Part shown: piece after piece, positions 1 through 8,836 of the stretch
Layout of the letters: each line of letters starts with the position of its first letter
Numbering within the stretch: the first letter of the stretch is position 1
Source: an uncultured Dehalococcoidales bacterium
Lineage (GTDB): Bacteria; Chloroflexota; Dehalococcoidia; Lucifugimonadales; Lucifugimonadaceae
Length of the DNA: 64,000 nucleotides
Direction: 5' to 3'
NCBI GenBank assembly: GCA_964424025.1
Contig: CAYRHG010000072.1
Span: 646 to 64,645, forward strand
Notes under the pieces: generated by a model
Told to the model about the DNA's origin: nothing
The model's input: only the letters and a program-made list of their open reading frames with translations
The model's database searches: none
Translations under genes and position numbers: made by a program

Positions 1-1158
1 GGCATGGGAATGAACGAGGGAGAGGTCGTCAAATGGCTCAAAGCCGTCGGCGATCCTGTCGTCAAGGGCGAACCTCTAGTCGAAATCGAATCCACGAAAG
101 TCAGCGCAGAAGTCGAAGCCACTTCCGATGGCACATTGGGCCGGATCATCGTCGAAGAAGGAAAAACTGTTCCGGTCGGCACCGTTCTCGGACTTCTCCT
201 CATGGCCGGCGAGTCCGACAGCGACCTACCCGAACAGCAAGCACCACGAGAACGAGCATCTACCACAACATCATCACGAAGACGCGGTGCCGCCGCACGC
301 TCCCGTGGAAAACTAGTAGTCACCCCACGCGCGCGAAGACTCGCCCGCGAACTCGACGTCGATCTCGACACCATCGAAATCGGAACCGGGCCTAGCGGTC
401 GCGTCACCGAAGACGACGTCCGTGCCGCGGCGGAAGGCGGTTCCGCAACATCCGAAACCGGCATGGAACCGAGCCGCGCTATCCCGCTCACAGGCATACG
501 CGGTACCATCGCCAAACGAATGTCCGAAAGCGCCTCTGCTGCGCTGGTGACTCTCAACACCACTGCCGACGTCACCGAAGCGATCGCTATCCAACGACGC
601 CTCACCCGCGAATGGCGTCGATCCCGCGTCCGTCCTCAATATCAAGACCTAGCGATCGCCGCCACCGTCAAGGCACTCAAAGACCACCCCTTGGCAAACG
701 CCCACATCACCGAAACCGAAGTGCAGCTATTCGAAACCATCAACCTCGGATTCGCACTCGCTGTCCAAGACGGACTCCTAGTGCCGGTGATCCGAGATGC
801 AGGTTCGAAATCGCCGCTGGAGTTGGCGATGGTCGTGCGTGACTTGGTTCGCAAATCCAAATCCAACGAGCTACGTGTCGCCGAACTCTCTGGAAGCACC
901 TTCTCGCTCACCAACCTCTCCGCATACGACATCGAGAGCTTCAACCCTCTCATCAACCCGCCCGAGGTCGGCATCCTCGGCGTTGGACGCGTCGTCCAGC
1001 AACCAACCGTCACCAAAACCGGCGACATCGAAGCACGCTCAATCGGCTACTTCTCCCTAACCTTCGACCATCGAGCATGGGACGGCGCACCCGCAGCCGA
1101 ATTCCTGCAAGCAGTAGTCAAGAACTTGGCGGAGCCGGATTGGATGGCCGAAGGATAG
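1..1158 (+). CDS. 2-oxoacid dehydrogenase complex E2 component (dihydrolipoamide acyltransferase), 5'-partial at window edge
   Basis: ORF 4..1158 is open to base 1. Lipoyl-attachment motif EIESTKV, Ala/Arg/Ser-rich linker, E3-binding-like segment PRARRLARELDVDL, C-terminal catalytic motif DHRAWDG. Confidence 0.85.
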   Translation, partial: GMGMNEGEVVKWLKAVGDPVVKGEPLVEIESTKVSAEVEATSDGTLGRIIVEEGKTVPVGTVLGLLLMAGESDSDLPEQQAPRERASTTTSSRRRGAAARSRGKLVVTPRARRLARELDVDLDTIEIGTGPSGRVTEDDVRAAAEGGSATSETGMEPSRAIPLTGIRGTIAKRMSESASAALVTLNTTADVTEAIAIQRRLTREWRRSRVRPQYQDLAIAATVKALKDHPLANAHITETEVQLFETINLGFALAVQDGLLVPVIRDAGSKSPLELAMVVRDLVRKSKSNELRVAELSGSTFSLTNLSAYDIESFNPLINPPEVGILGVGRVVQQPTVTKTGDIEARSIGYFSLTFDHRAWDGAPAAEFLQAVVKNLAEPDWMAEG

Positions 1159-1165
1159 CGGCAAC

Positions 1166-1714
1166 GTGACCGAACCCGCGACGATCCGCACCCGACGATT
1201 GCTCCTGCGACCATTCGAACTCAAAGACGTCAACGATGTATTCGCATACGCTTCCGACACCGAATGGTCCAAATTTCTGCCGGTCGCGAGTCCATACACG
1301 ATCCGGGACGCGGAAGAATTCGTGGCGCGTCAGATTCGCAAAAATTGGGATGAAAAACCCAGGTTTGCGATTGAATTCGACCGTGCCGTTGTTGGTAGCG
1401 TCAGGTTGACGATCGAGACTGCGAAATCGATCGCCTCGTTACGTTACTCGATTGCCCGTCAGTGCTGGAACCGTGGGTTGATGACAGAGGCCGTACAGGC
1501 CGTTGTGGATTGGGGTTTCGAAGAGTTTGGACTGCAGAAGGTCTATTCTCGTGTCGACGTCGCAAACAAAGCTTCGTGTCGAGTGATGGCAAAAATCGGC
1601 ATGACGCTCGAGGGCACACTTCGTAGCCACGGCGTCAACCGTGGCGTGCGTCACGACTACCACCAATACGACATGCTGCGACACGAATGGGAGCGCCAAT
1701 TCGCGCACGCTTAG
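1166..1714 (+). CDS. GNAT family N-acetyltransferase (RimJ/RimL-like)
   Basis: 182-aa ORF. N-terminal IRTRRLLLRPF..D....AYASD pattern and central/C-terminal GNAT core typical of RimJ/RimL-type acetyltransferases. Confidence 0.75.
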   Translation: MTEPATIRTRRLLLRPFELKDVNDVFAYASDTEWSKFLPVASPYTIRDAEEFVARQIRKNWDEKPRFAIEFDRAVVGSVRLTIETAKSIASLRYSIARQCWNRGLMTEAVQAVVDWGFEEFGLQKVYSRVDVANKASCRVMAKIGMTLEGTLRSHGVNRGVRHDYHQYDMLRHEWERQFAHA

Positions 1715-1716
1715 AA

Positions 1717-2259
1717 ATGAAAACCAACGAAACCATCCGTACCAAACGCCTGATCCTCCGCCCATTCGCGTTCACCGACGTCGAAGACGTCCTAGCCTAC
1801 GCTTCCGATCCCGAATGGTCCCGATTCCTACCTGTGCCGTCGCCGTACACCATCAAGGATGCCGAGGAATTCGTCGCCAGAAACATCCTGCGCCACCACG
1901 ATGAAGAACACGGGTTCGCAATCGAACTGGGCGGTCGCGTCATCGGCGGGATCGGACTGCGACTCGAAGCACCGATCGCCGTTGCATCGTTGCACTACAG
2001 CCTTTCCCGCGACTTGTGGAACCAAGGGCTGACTACTGAAGTAGCGCAAGCAATGCTCGATTGGGGCTTTAGCGAATTCGAACTTGCGAAAATCTACTCG
2101 TGGGCAGATGTCGAAAACATCGGCTCGTGGCGCGTAATGGAAAAGATCGGCATGACCCGCGAAGGCACGTTCCGAAGCCACGGCTTAAACCGAGGAGTTC
2201 GCCAAGACTTCCACTACTACGGCATTCTCCGAGACGAATGGGAACGCCAACAACGATGA
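1717..2259 (+). CDS. GNAT family N-acetyltransferase (tandem paralogue of 1166..1714)
   Basis: ORF 1687..2259. Internal ATG at 1717 (MKTNETIRTKRLILRPF) avoids overlap with the upstream gene and aligns colinearly with the paralogue over its full length. Confidence 0.75.
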   Translation: MKTNETIRTKRLILRPFAFTDVEDVLAYASDPEWSRFLPVPSPYTIKDAEEFVARNILRHHDEEHGFAIELGGRVIGGIGLRLEAPIAVASLHYSLSRDLWNQGLTTEVAQAMLDWGFSEFELAKIYSWADVENIGSWRVMEKIGMTREGTFRSHGLNRGVRQDFHYYGILRDEWERQQR

Positions 2260-2308
2260 TGTAGAGTAAATTCGAACGCGACTTTGAACCACGGAAGAGG
2301 ACGAACAA

Positions 2309-3271
2309 TTGAAAGTTGAAAACATCCGAGAATGGCTGTGCGGACCCATGGTCGCCGTCGCTACTCCATTCAACGAAGACTACTCGCTCGATCTTGACGC
2401 CTTGCAGACCAACATCCGATACATGGTCGAAAACGGTGTCCACACTGGTCAAGGCACGCTATTAGTAGGTGGCGCCGGTGGCGAGCACCCCACGATGAAC
2501 GTGGAAGAACGCAAAGCCGTAATGACCGCCGCGATGGAAGCTGCAGACGGCGAAGCGCCCGTCCTTACCAGCGTCCAGCACACCGACTGGCGAGTCATCA
2601 TCGAATTGGCCAACCATGCTCACGAAGCCGGACTCGGTGGCGTCCAAGTCGGACCTACCTACTATTACGAGCCGACCGAGGGTGACGCGTATCGTCTGTT
2701 CGAACTCGTGGCCCAAGAGTCCGATGCCTCCATCATGATCTACCACACGTGGTGGGAAGGCCTCACGATGAGCCTCGGTCTGCTTGACGATCTCGCAGCC
2801 ATAGATACCGTCCGAGCCCTGAAATGGTCGGCGCCGAACGAATCGCTCTACCGAGACGGTTTGGTGAACTTGGCAGATAGTCTGGTCTGCATCGACAACT
2901 CCGGCCAACAGATCTTCAGCCACATCATGGGCGCGCGGGGCTTCATCACCCACCTCAGCGGTTTCTGGCCCCAATACCCAGCCGAAATCTGGAACCTGCT
3001 CGAGGCACGCGATTACGAAGCCGCGCGGCAACGCCTCGCCGACTTCAAATGGAAGTGGACCCAGTGGCGCGCCAAGGTAGCCGCGAACACCGGCGGTGAA
3101 GGACCTTTCATCAAGTCCGCGATGGAAGCCGTAGGCCTCAAGGCCGGACCCCCGCGCCCGCCCTCGGTCCGAGCCTCCCAATACCTCCTCGACGAGTTGG
3201 AAGTATTCCTCGACGAATGCGGCGTCCCACGCGTCGGCGTGGAACAAGGCCGCGCCATCGCCGCCGGCTGA
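2309..3271 (+). CDS. DapA/N-acetylneuraminate-lyase family class I aldolase (dihydrodipicolinate synthase-like)
   Basis: 320-aa ORF. VAVATPF...LD...L..NIRYMVENGV...GGAGGE...MNVEERK pattern typical of the DHDPS/NAL family. Start uncertain (TTG 2309 or ATG 2348). Confidence 0.7.
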   Translation: MKVENIREWLCGPMVAVATPFNEDYSLDLDALQTNIRYMVENGVHTGQGTLLVGGAGGEHPTMNVEERKAVMTAAMEAADGEAPVLTSVQHTDWRVIIELANHAHEAGLGGVQVGPTYYYEPTEGDAYRLFELVAQESDASIMIYHTWWEGLTMSLGLLDDLAAIDTVRALKWSAPNESLYRDGLVNLADSLVCIDNSGQQIFSHIMGARGFITHLSGFWPQYPAEIWNLLEARDYEAARQRLADFKWKWTQWRAKVAANTGGEGPFIKSAMEAVGLKAGPPRPPSVRASQYLLDELEVFLDECGVPRVGVEQGRAIAAG

Positions 3272-3322
3272 TCGAATTCTCCGAACCTCTTCGCCGCAGA
3301 AATCGGTTCGCAACCCTGTCAT

Positions 3323-3338
3323 CCCGACGAAAGCCGGG
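3323..3338. repeat. short GC hairpin with GAAA loop (cccgacGAAAgccggg), REP-like element
   Basis: Seen directly. It is embedded in 'tgtcatcccgacgaaagccgggttcc', which resembles the widespread extragenic hairpin class that produces spurious '..AFVGMT..' peptides (here in antisense ORF 2462..3373). Confidence 0.4.
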
Positions 3339-3375
3339 TTCCAGTGGCGAAGCGGAAGAAGTGCCGCCGCCAAAC

Positions 3376-3414
3376 GTTAGCACTTAACGCGTATTAACCG
3401 CGTTAAGTGCTAAC
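3376..3414. terminator. perfect 16-bp inverted repeat with 7-nt loop (terminator or operator candidate)
   Basis: gttagcacttaacgcg (3376-3391) / tattaac / cgcgttaagtgctaac (3399-3414), verified base by base. Lies between the dapA-like gene and the first PaREP1-like gene. The downstream tract is only moderately T-rich. Confidence 0.5.
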
Positions 3415-3457
3415 ATTGAATTTGTAGCGCTTTTCATTTCCACGATTTGGATAACCC

Positions 3458-3823
3458 GTGTTAGCAACAGAACATATCGACACCGCGCGGCAATTCCTCG
3501 CCGACGCCGACCGAGAATACGAGGCTGGCGACATCCTCCAAGCCTCCGAAAAGCTATGGGGCGCCGCGTCGCACATCGTCATCGCCGAAATGAAGAAACG
3601 CGGTCTGGCGGCGCGATCACATCGGCAAACCGTAGAAGCGGTAGAAGCTCTCTCGGAAGAGTTTGGTGAGCCATCATTAGCCGACTGGTTCATTGCCGCA
3701 CAAGGACTTCACAAGAATTTTTACAACGGCGATTTAGAAGAAGCCGATTACCTGAATCACCGCATTCGAGTCCATTGGTTCGTGGATCGCATGATCGAGT
3801 TGACGACCGTAGACCGAAATTGA
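3458..3823 (+). CDS. PaREP1/HEPN-like small helical protein (copy 1)
   Basis: 121-aa ORF with GTG start. A..FL..A..EYEAGDILQASEKLWGAASH..IAE.KKRG....SHR pattern recalls the archaeal PaREP1 family. Contains R-x6-H (RGLAARSH), compatible with the HEPN Rx4-6H motif. Confidence 0.55.
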   Translation: MLATEHIDTARQFLADADREYEAGDILQASEKLWGAASHIVIAEMKKRGLAARSHRQTVEAVEALSEEFGEPSLADWFIAAQGLHKNFYNGDLEEADYLNHRIRVHWFVDRMIELTTVDRN

Positions 3824-3826
3824 GTC

Positions 3827-4180
3827 GTGTTAGCAACAGAACATATCGACACCGCCCGGCAATTCCTTCTCGACGCCGACCGAGAATACGAAGCTGGGGA
3901 CATCCTCCAAGCATCCGAGAAGCTCTGGGGCGCCGCGTCGCATGTTGTCATCGCAGAACTCAAAAGACGCGGAATAGAGTCTAGGACTCATCGTTCCCTA
4001 GTTGAGGGCGTCGAGATGCTCGCCGAAGAAAACAACATACCCTCGCTCGCAGATTGGTTCGTCGCCGCCCAAAGGTTACACTCGAACTTCTACAACGGCG
4101 ATCTGGACGACTGGAACTTCGAACTACATCGCGGCCGCGTTCATCAATTCGTCGACCGCATGATCGAACTGAACGGCTAG
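3827..4180 (+). CDS. PaREP1/HEPN-like small helical protein (copy 2, tandem paralogue)
   Basis: 117-aa ORF with the same GTG-TTA-GCA-ACA-GAA-CAT-ATC-GAC start as copy 1. Colinear with copy 1 and has an R-x6-H motif (RGIESRTH). Confidence 0.55.
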   Translation: MLATEHIDTARQFLLDADREYEAGDILQASEKLWGAASHVVIAELKRRGIESRTHRSLVEGVEMLAEENNIPSLADWFVAAQRLHSNFYNGDLDDWNFELHRGRVHQFVDRMIELNG

Positions 4181-4842
4181 GATAGCCGATTTTTCGGTAA
4201 CTTCAAACCGGTGTCGAGCTTGTTGCGAACCTCCCGCTTAACTCGAGACACGAGTTGGTCTTCGTACTCATCGAGGAATTGCGCGACGATTCCAGCATCG
4301 TGAACCACCAATTCTCGAAGTGCCCACGAAAGCGCCTTAACGACCATATCGTCAGGGTCGTCCGCGAGCATTCGACAAACTTTCAAAGTCCTTGCAGCAT
4401 CTCCCGCACCTCCGTGCGATCGCACGTTCAACGCTACTGTGCTAACTAAAGCCGCTCTCCGCCACCAACGATCATCAGATCGTGCCCAACGGAATATCGT
4501 CTCATCGCCGATCAACCCGTCGCGCCAAGCCGGACCGGCCAGAATGCGAGCAAAAGCATCAACCGTATGCCAACTGTCGATGCCTGATCCTAGCTGATCT
4601 ACGACTCGGTCATCGAGTTGAAGATACGCTCCTTCGTGGTTCGCAATAACTTCATACGCAACCCATCGCTGACCGGAATTGCCAATCAGTTCCGATGCCG
4701 CTTCGAACACCAATGAAGGCTGTTCGTTGGACAGAGAGGCCGATAGACGCCTCCGTAATCTCCTGACGGCACCGGTGTTTCGCACCGTGAGCGAATCGAC
4801 CTCAGCCGCGAAATCCGCCGCGATCTGAGAGGCATGGCTCAT
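4177..4842 (-). CDS. DNA alkylation repair protein (AlkD/AlkC-like HEAT-repeat family)
   Basis: 221-aa ORF. RWWRRAALVSTVALN and VVKALSWALRELV motifs are typical of the DNA_alkylation (HEAT-like repeat) family. Confidence 0.7.
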   Translation of the reverse strand: MSHASQIAADFAAEVDSLTVRNTGAVRRLRRRLSASLSNEQPSLVFEAASELIGNSGQRWVAYEVIANHEGAYLQLDDRVVDQLGSGIDSWHTVDAFARILAGPAWRDGLIGDETIFRWARSDDRWWRRAALVSTVALNVRSHGGAGDAARTLKVCRMLADDPDDMVVKALSWALRELVVHDAGIVAQFLDEYEDQLVSRVKREVRNKLDTGLKLPKNRLS

Positions 4843-4857
4843 TTTGGCGGGTGAGCT

Positions 4858-6855
4858 CTAGTCGAGATTCCTAACCTCGACGACATCATCTCCGATGTCA
4901 TCAGCAGCTTCGAAGCCAAGTACCTTTCCGTAGAAGTAAAGCTCGGCCTCTTGCGCTCTGATTATGTTCGCGGCCTGCCTGAATCCATGCTGTTCTCCTG
5001 GGAAACCGATATAGGCGTAAGGCAGCCCCTTCGATTCCAGAGCATCCACCATGATCTCCGCTTGCGACGGCGGAACGATCTCGTCTTCGAGCCCTTGCAA
5101 GATGATCATCGGCGTTGCCAGTTGGTCCATGAAGTTGATGGCAGACCGGTCGTGGTACCGTTGCGCTTCTTCCGGATAGGGCCCGACCAAAGAATCGAGA
5201 TAACGCGATTCGAACTTGTGCGTGTCGCCGATAAACACCATCAGGTCCGCGATGCCGTAGAGCGCGGCTCCAGCGGCAAAGAAGTCCTCGAAGGTCAACG
5301 CGTTGATCGTCGTATAACCACCCGCCGACCCGCCGCGAATTATGACTCGGTCCTTGTCGACTAAGCCTTGATCGATCAGATATTGCGCCGCGGCGATGCA
5401 GTCGTCTGTGTCATAGACACCCCACTTGCCCTTCAGCGCGTCGCGATATTCTTTGCCGTAACCTGATGAGCCTCGGTAGTTCACATCGACGACCGCGAAA
5501 CCGCGGCTTGTCCAGTAATGAGTCGAGAGGTCTAAACCCGTGCCAGATGCGGATGTTGGGCCACCGTGGCAGATAGTGACCAGCGGTGGAAGTTCGTCGT
5601 CGGGCGCAGTGAAGTCTCTGTTGGTCGGTTCGTAGTAGAACGCGTGGGCTTGACCATCGTCCGTGGTTGGGAAGATTATGTGTTTGGGCGAGGACATATA
5701 TCCCGGGTCAATGGCGATGTCGCTAGGGGCGTAGATAGTGGAGCATGTCTCTGTTTCGAGATCTAGGCTGACGATGGCGGGTTCCCGGGTGGGTGATGCT
5801 CCGACAAAGAGGATGGTTGCGCCGTCAGGGCCAGCGGTAATGAAGGAGATTTCGCTGTAGGGCACCGAGATGCTGTGCGGCAGATGGTGCGACTCGCTCT
5901 CCACGATCAAGATCGAGCCGTCGGTCACTCCTCCCTTGCCTAAGGCGACCTTGCCGTCTGACAGATGTGCGTATGACGTGAATCCGAACTGCCAGTCGGG
6001 GCGGCCATAATCCGCCTGTTCATGAAGGAGGTTGATAGGTTCGCCGTCTTTCCAGAGATGGATATTCCACCAGCCGGTCCGGTCGGTTACAAAGTGAAGA
6101 ATGCCATTGTTGCTCCAAGTCGGCTGGACGACGCTCTCGCCAGTGTCGTCGATTAGCTTCGCCGTCGTGCTGACAGTGGCAGCGTTTTGGTCGAAAGAAC
6201 CTGAAACCAGCGAGTTACCGTCCCACGGCATATTGGGGTGGTTCCACTCGGTCCACACGATGCCGTCGTGATTCGCGGCGACTCTCGGTGCGCAATAGAA
6301 GTCGCGGCCGCTGGCTACGACATGCGCATCACCGGTCAACGTGTCGATCGACACGATCTCATTCGTCGCCTCCTCGCCATCATCTGTGTGGGTTTCTCGG
6401 ACGCAGAGCAGGAACTTGCCGTTTGGCGTCAGCGTGAGGTCGGCGTAACGGGCGCCTCTGGGGATTGGAGGAGCGTCCGTCAGCGGTTCGATCGCACCGT
6501 CGGGATCCTGCCTGTAAATCCGCTGGTCCACCCAGTTCGTCAAAAAGATCGTCCCGTTCCTTACCGTGTACGATCCGCCGCCGTACTCATGCACGGCGTT
6601 GCGAACGTTGAAACCCGGCGGCGTGAGCGTGTCCACCCGACCCTCGGCGTTCCGGCGCATCACGACGATCCGCCCGCCCTCGGCAGGCCTCGCGTCGAGC
6701 CAGTAGATGTCGCTGCCGTCAACCTTGATTTCGTTCAGTCGTCGCTTACCGCCGCTAATCAGCATTGCGGCAGATATCGGCGATTTCCATGATCCATAAG
6801 GTGCTACATTTGGCATGGCTAAAAGATCTCTCTGAGATTGAACGGGCTGAACCAA
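4858..6855 (-). CDS. S9 family serine peptidase (prolyl oligopeptidase / acylaminoacyl-peptidase-like)
   Basis: 665-aa ORF. N-terminal beta-propeller-like region; C-terminal alpha/beta-hydrolase domain with nucleophile elbow GGSAGGY and downstream D and H positions. Confidence 0.85.
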   Translation of the reverse strand: MVQPVQSQRDLLAMPNVAPYGSWKSPISAAMLISGGKRRLNEIKVDGSDIYWLDARPAEGGRIVVMRRNAEGRVDTLTPPGFNVRNAVHEYGGGSYTVRNGTIFLTNWVDQRIYRQDPDGAIEPLTDAPPIPRGARYADLTLTPNGKFLLCVRETHTDDGEEATNEIVSIDTLTGDAHVVASGRDFYCAPRVAANHDGIVWTEWNHPNMPWDGNSLVSGSFDQNAATVSTTAKLIDDTGESVVQPTWSNNGILHFVTDRTGWWNIHLWKDGEPINLLHEQADYGRPDWQFGFTSYAHLSDGKVALGKGGVTDGSILIVESESHHLPHSISVPYSEISFITAGPDGATILFVGASPTREPAIVSLDLETETCSTIYAPSDIAIDPGYMSSPKHIIFPTTDDGQAHAFYYEPTNRDFTAPDDELPPLVTICHGGPTSASGTGLDLSTHYWTSRGFAVVDVNYRGSSGYGKEYRDALKGKWGVYDTDDCIAAAQYLIDQGLVDKDRVIIRGGSAGGYTTINALTFEDFFAAGAALYGIADLMVFIGDTHKFESRYLDSLVGPYPEEAQRYHDRSAINFMDQLATPMIILQGLEDEIVPPSQAEIMVDALESKGLPYAYIGFPGEQHGFRQAANIIRAQEAELYFYGKVLGFEAADDIGDDVVEVRNLD

Positions 6856-6907
6856 TTTTCGCTGGTTCAGTCAAGGATAACCCCGAAAAGGTTTCGTCCT
6901 TATGGCG

Positions 6908-8650
6908 TTATGCAGCGCGCTCGACGTTCACCGTCACGACGTCGACGCCGTGATACTTCTGGTGCCTCACTGAACTGGCGTAGTGGCGCAACAACCGGAA
7001 CGAAATCTCTCGGTCGTCCGCAATATCCGGCGTTTCGCCCAAATAAGACAACTGATCTTCGATGTTGTCCCCTTCAGAGGCAGCAACGAACTCGAGCTCG
7101 ATTTCACGTCCCACCGCGTGCGCTGCCACTATCAAACGCCTTGATCCTTGACTTTCCGTCTCGTCAATCGGCCCCGACAAGAGAGTGTTCAATGTCTCCT
7201 CCCCCACTAATGCGATGCGATTCTGTCCGGCTTCGTTCCAACCAGATGACGAAGCGAACCCCCGCAAGAACTCACTGAGTTCGGGCAAGGCACCTTCGTT
7301 CAAGTCCGACCTCAATCGTTTACGCCTCGGGGCGGTGATCTCCATGAACAACATCGCGATGATGGCGACCACCGCGCCGGACGTCATACCGTTGCCGAGC
7401 AAGACACCCACGAAGCCGTCGCCCAGAAGTTCCGGGAAGATCCATTGGTTTTGGAAACCTACGCCGACCCAGAACGAAAGGCCTACGACAAACGCCTTTC
7501 GGTAATCGAGGCCGTCTTGAATGACGATCCTCATGCCCTGCAGGAACAATAGCGCTATGAGCACCAGAATGTATGCCGCGGCCACCGGCGCAGGAATGGC
7601 GATGATGAGCGCGGTGACCTTTGGCAAAAAGGCAAGTGCGAGGAAGACGATACCGATGACGACGCCAACTCGCCGCGCGGCGACGCCGGTAACTTCGGCC
7701 AGGGAGATGCTAGTGGAGTAAGTAGTGTGCGGCAGCGTACCCAAGATGCCTGAGAGGAGGTTCCCAACACCGTCTGTGTTTAGTGCGCCTTGGACAACCC
7801 GAAAATCAGTCGCTTTGGGTTGGCGTCGTGAAACCCTTTGGATCGCGACACCGTCTCCGATAGTCTCGATTGCTCCGATGATGGTGACGATAATGAACGC
7901 CGGCAGCAACGCCCAGAACTCGACGCCTGGCGTGACGTCCAACCCGGGCCAGGAACTGAACGGCGCGCCGATCCAATCTGCGTCTCCTACACCGTTGATG
8001 TCGTAGAGACCGAACGGTGCCCCCACGATACATCCCACCACCACGCCTATTGCAGGTGACCACAGGCGCAGCCATGAGGGTCCCCTGAGCACCAAAACGC
8101 CCACCGTAATGAGTGTTGCGAGAACTGCGGCGGGAGCAGCAAAGTCGTCGGTGCCGTCCGGCACATCCTTAAACGAGTCGAAAAGTATTTGCACCACGGT
8201 CGCGGCTATGAGCATGATGACGGTACCGGCAACCGTCGGTGTGAAAATCCGACGTAGCCATGAGAGCCGATAGGCAAGTAAGAACTGGAAGAGAGAGGAG
8301 ATGACGATGAGGCTCGCCATAGTCGCGGGTCCGCCTTCGACTAATGCGGCGACGCACACCGCGATGAAGGCGGCCGACGTACCCATCACTAGTACGTAAC
8401 CAGATCCGATCCGACCGAATCGGACAGCTTGCAAGACCGTTGTCAACCCGCTGACGATCAGCGCCGCGAACACGCCCCATGTCAAATACGACTCCGGCTG
8501 ATCGGCAATGCGAGCCACGATGACAACCGTCAAAACGATCGGCGTCACGATCAAAGCCGCAGCTTGAAGCCCTGAACCTACAGCAATTGCAGCCGGCGGG
8601 TTCTCCTCCGGTTCATAACGAACCGATTCATTGACAGGTGATTGGGCCAA
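6908..8650 (-). CDS. nucleobase:cation symporter-2 (xanthine/uracil permease) family transporter with ~150-aa C-terminal soluble extension
   Basis: 580-aa ORF with many predicted TM helices. The TYSTSISLAEVTGVAARRVG segment resembles the NCS2 signature region. The last ~150 aa are hydrophilic. Confidence 0.7.
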   Translation of the reverse strand: MAQSPVNESVRYEPEENPPAAIAVGSGLQAAALIVTPIVLTVVIVARIADQPESYLTWGVFAALIVSGLTTVLQAVRFGRIGSGYVLVMGTSAAFIAVCVAALVEGGPATMASLIVISSLFQFLLAYRLSWLRRIFTPTVAGTVIMLIAATVVQILFDSFKDVPDGTDDFAAPAAVLATLITVGVLVLRGPSWLRLWSPAIGVVVGCIVGAPFGLYDINGVGDADWIGAPFSSWPGLDVTPGVEFWALLPAFIIVTIIGAIETIGDGVAIQRVSRRQPKATDFRVVQGALNTDGVGNLLSGILGTLPHTTYSTSISLAEVTGVAARRVGVVIGIVFLALAFLPKVTALIIAIPAPVAAAYILVLIALLFLQGMRIVIQDGLDYRKAFVVGLSFWVGVGFQNQWIFPELLGDGFVGVLLGNGMTSGAVVAIIAMLFMEITAPRRKRLRSDLNEGALPELSEFLRGFASSSGWNEAGQNRIALVGEETLNTLLSGPIDETESQGSRRLIVAAHAVGREIELEFVAASEGDNIEDQLSYLGETPDIADDREISFRLLRHYASSVRHQKYHGVDVVTVNVERAA

Positions 8651-8836
8651 TCCGATTACCTCGCAATTCGGCGACGACTACGATCATTTGAGACAGCGTA
8701 TTGAATCCACCTTATCAATCTGGTGACCAACTACAGAGCGCGAACTAAGTAACCAATCCACTTTCGCGGGTTAATCCCGACGCGCGGACAATTCATGCAA
8801 CAGCAGGGGGTCGCATTTTCCCAGAATGCGGCTGCG

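Noticed and set aside
2462-3373. 303-aa minus-strand ORF antisense to the DapA-like gene
   Set aside because: It is a shadow ORF. Its N-terminus is generated by the intergenic GC hairpin (the '..NPAFVGMTG..' peptide typical of mistranslated REP-like elements).
3821-3829. In-frame TGA between the two PaREP1-like ORFs (and likewise at 14652-14654 between DUF6883 and DUF4926) as selenocysteine or read-through sites
   Set aside because: Each downstream ORF has its own start and a complete domain. The TGA does not replace a conserved residue inside a domain, unlike the OsmC case, and a same-frame arrangement has a 1-in-3 chance expectation.
8651-8836. Purine riboswitch upstream of the NCS2 permease
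   Set aside because: The minus-strand leader lacks the conserved purine-riboswitch core (UAUA...GGAUAUGG...CUACC...CCGUAAA). Only a weak 5-bp hairpin is present.
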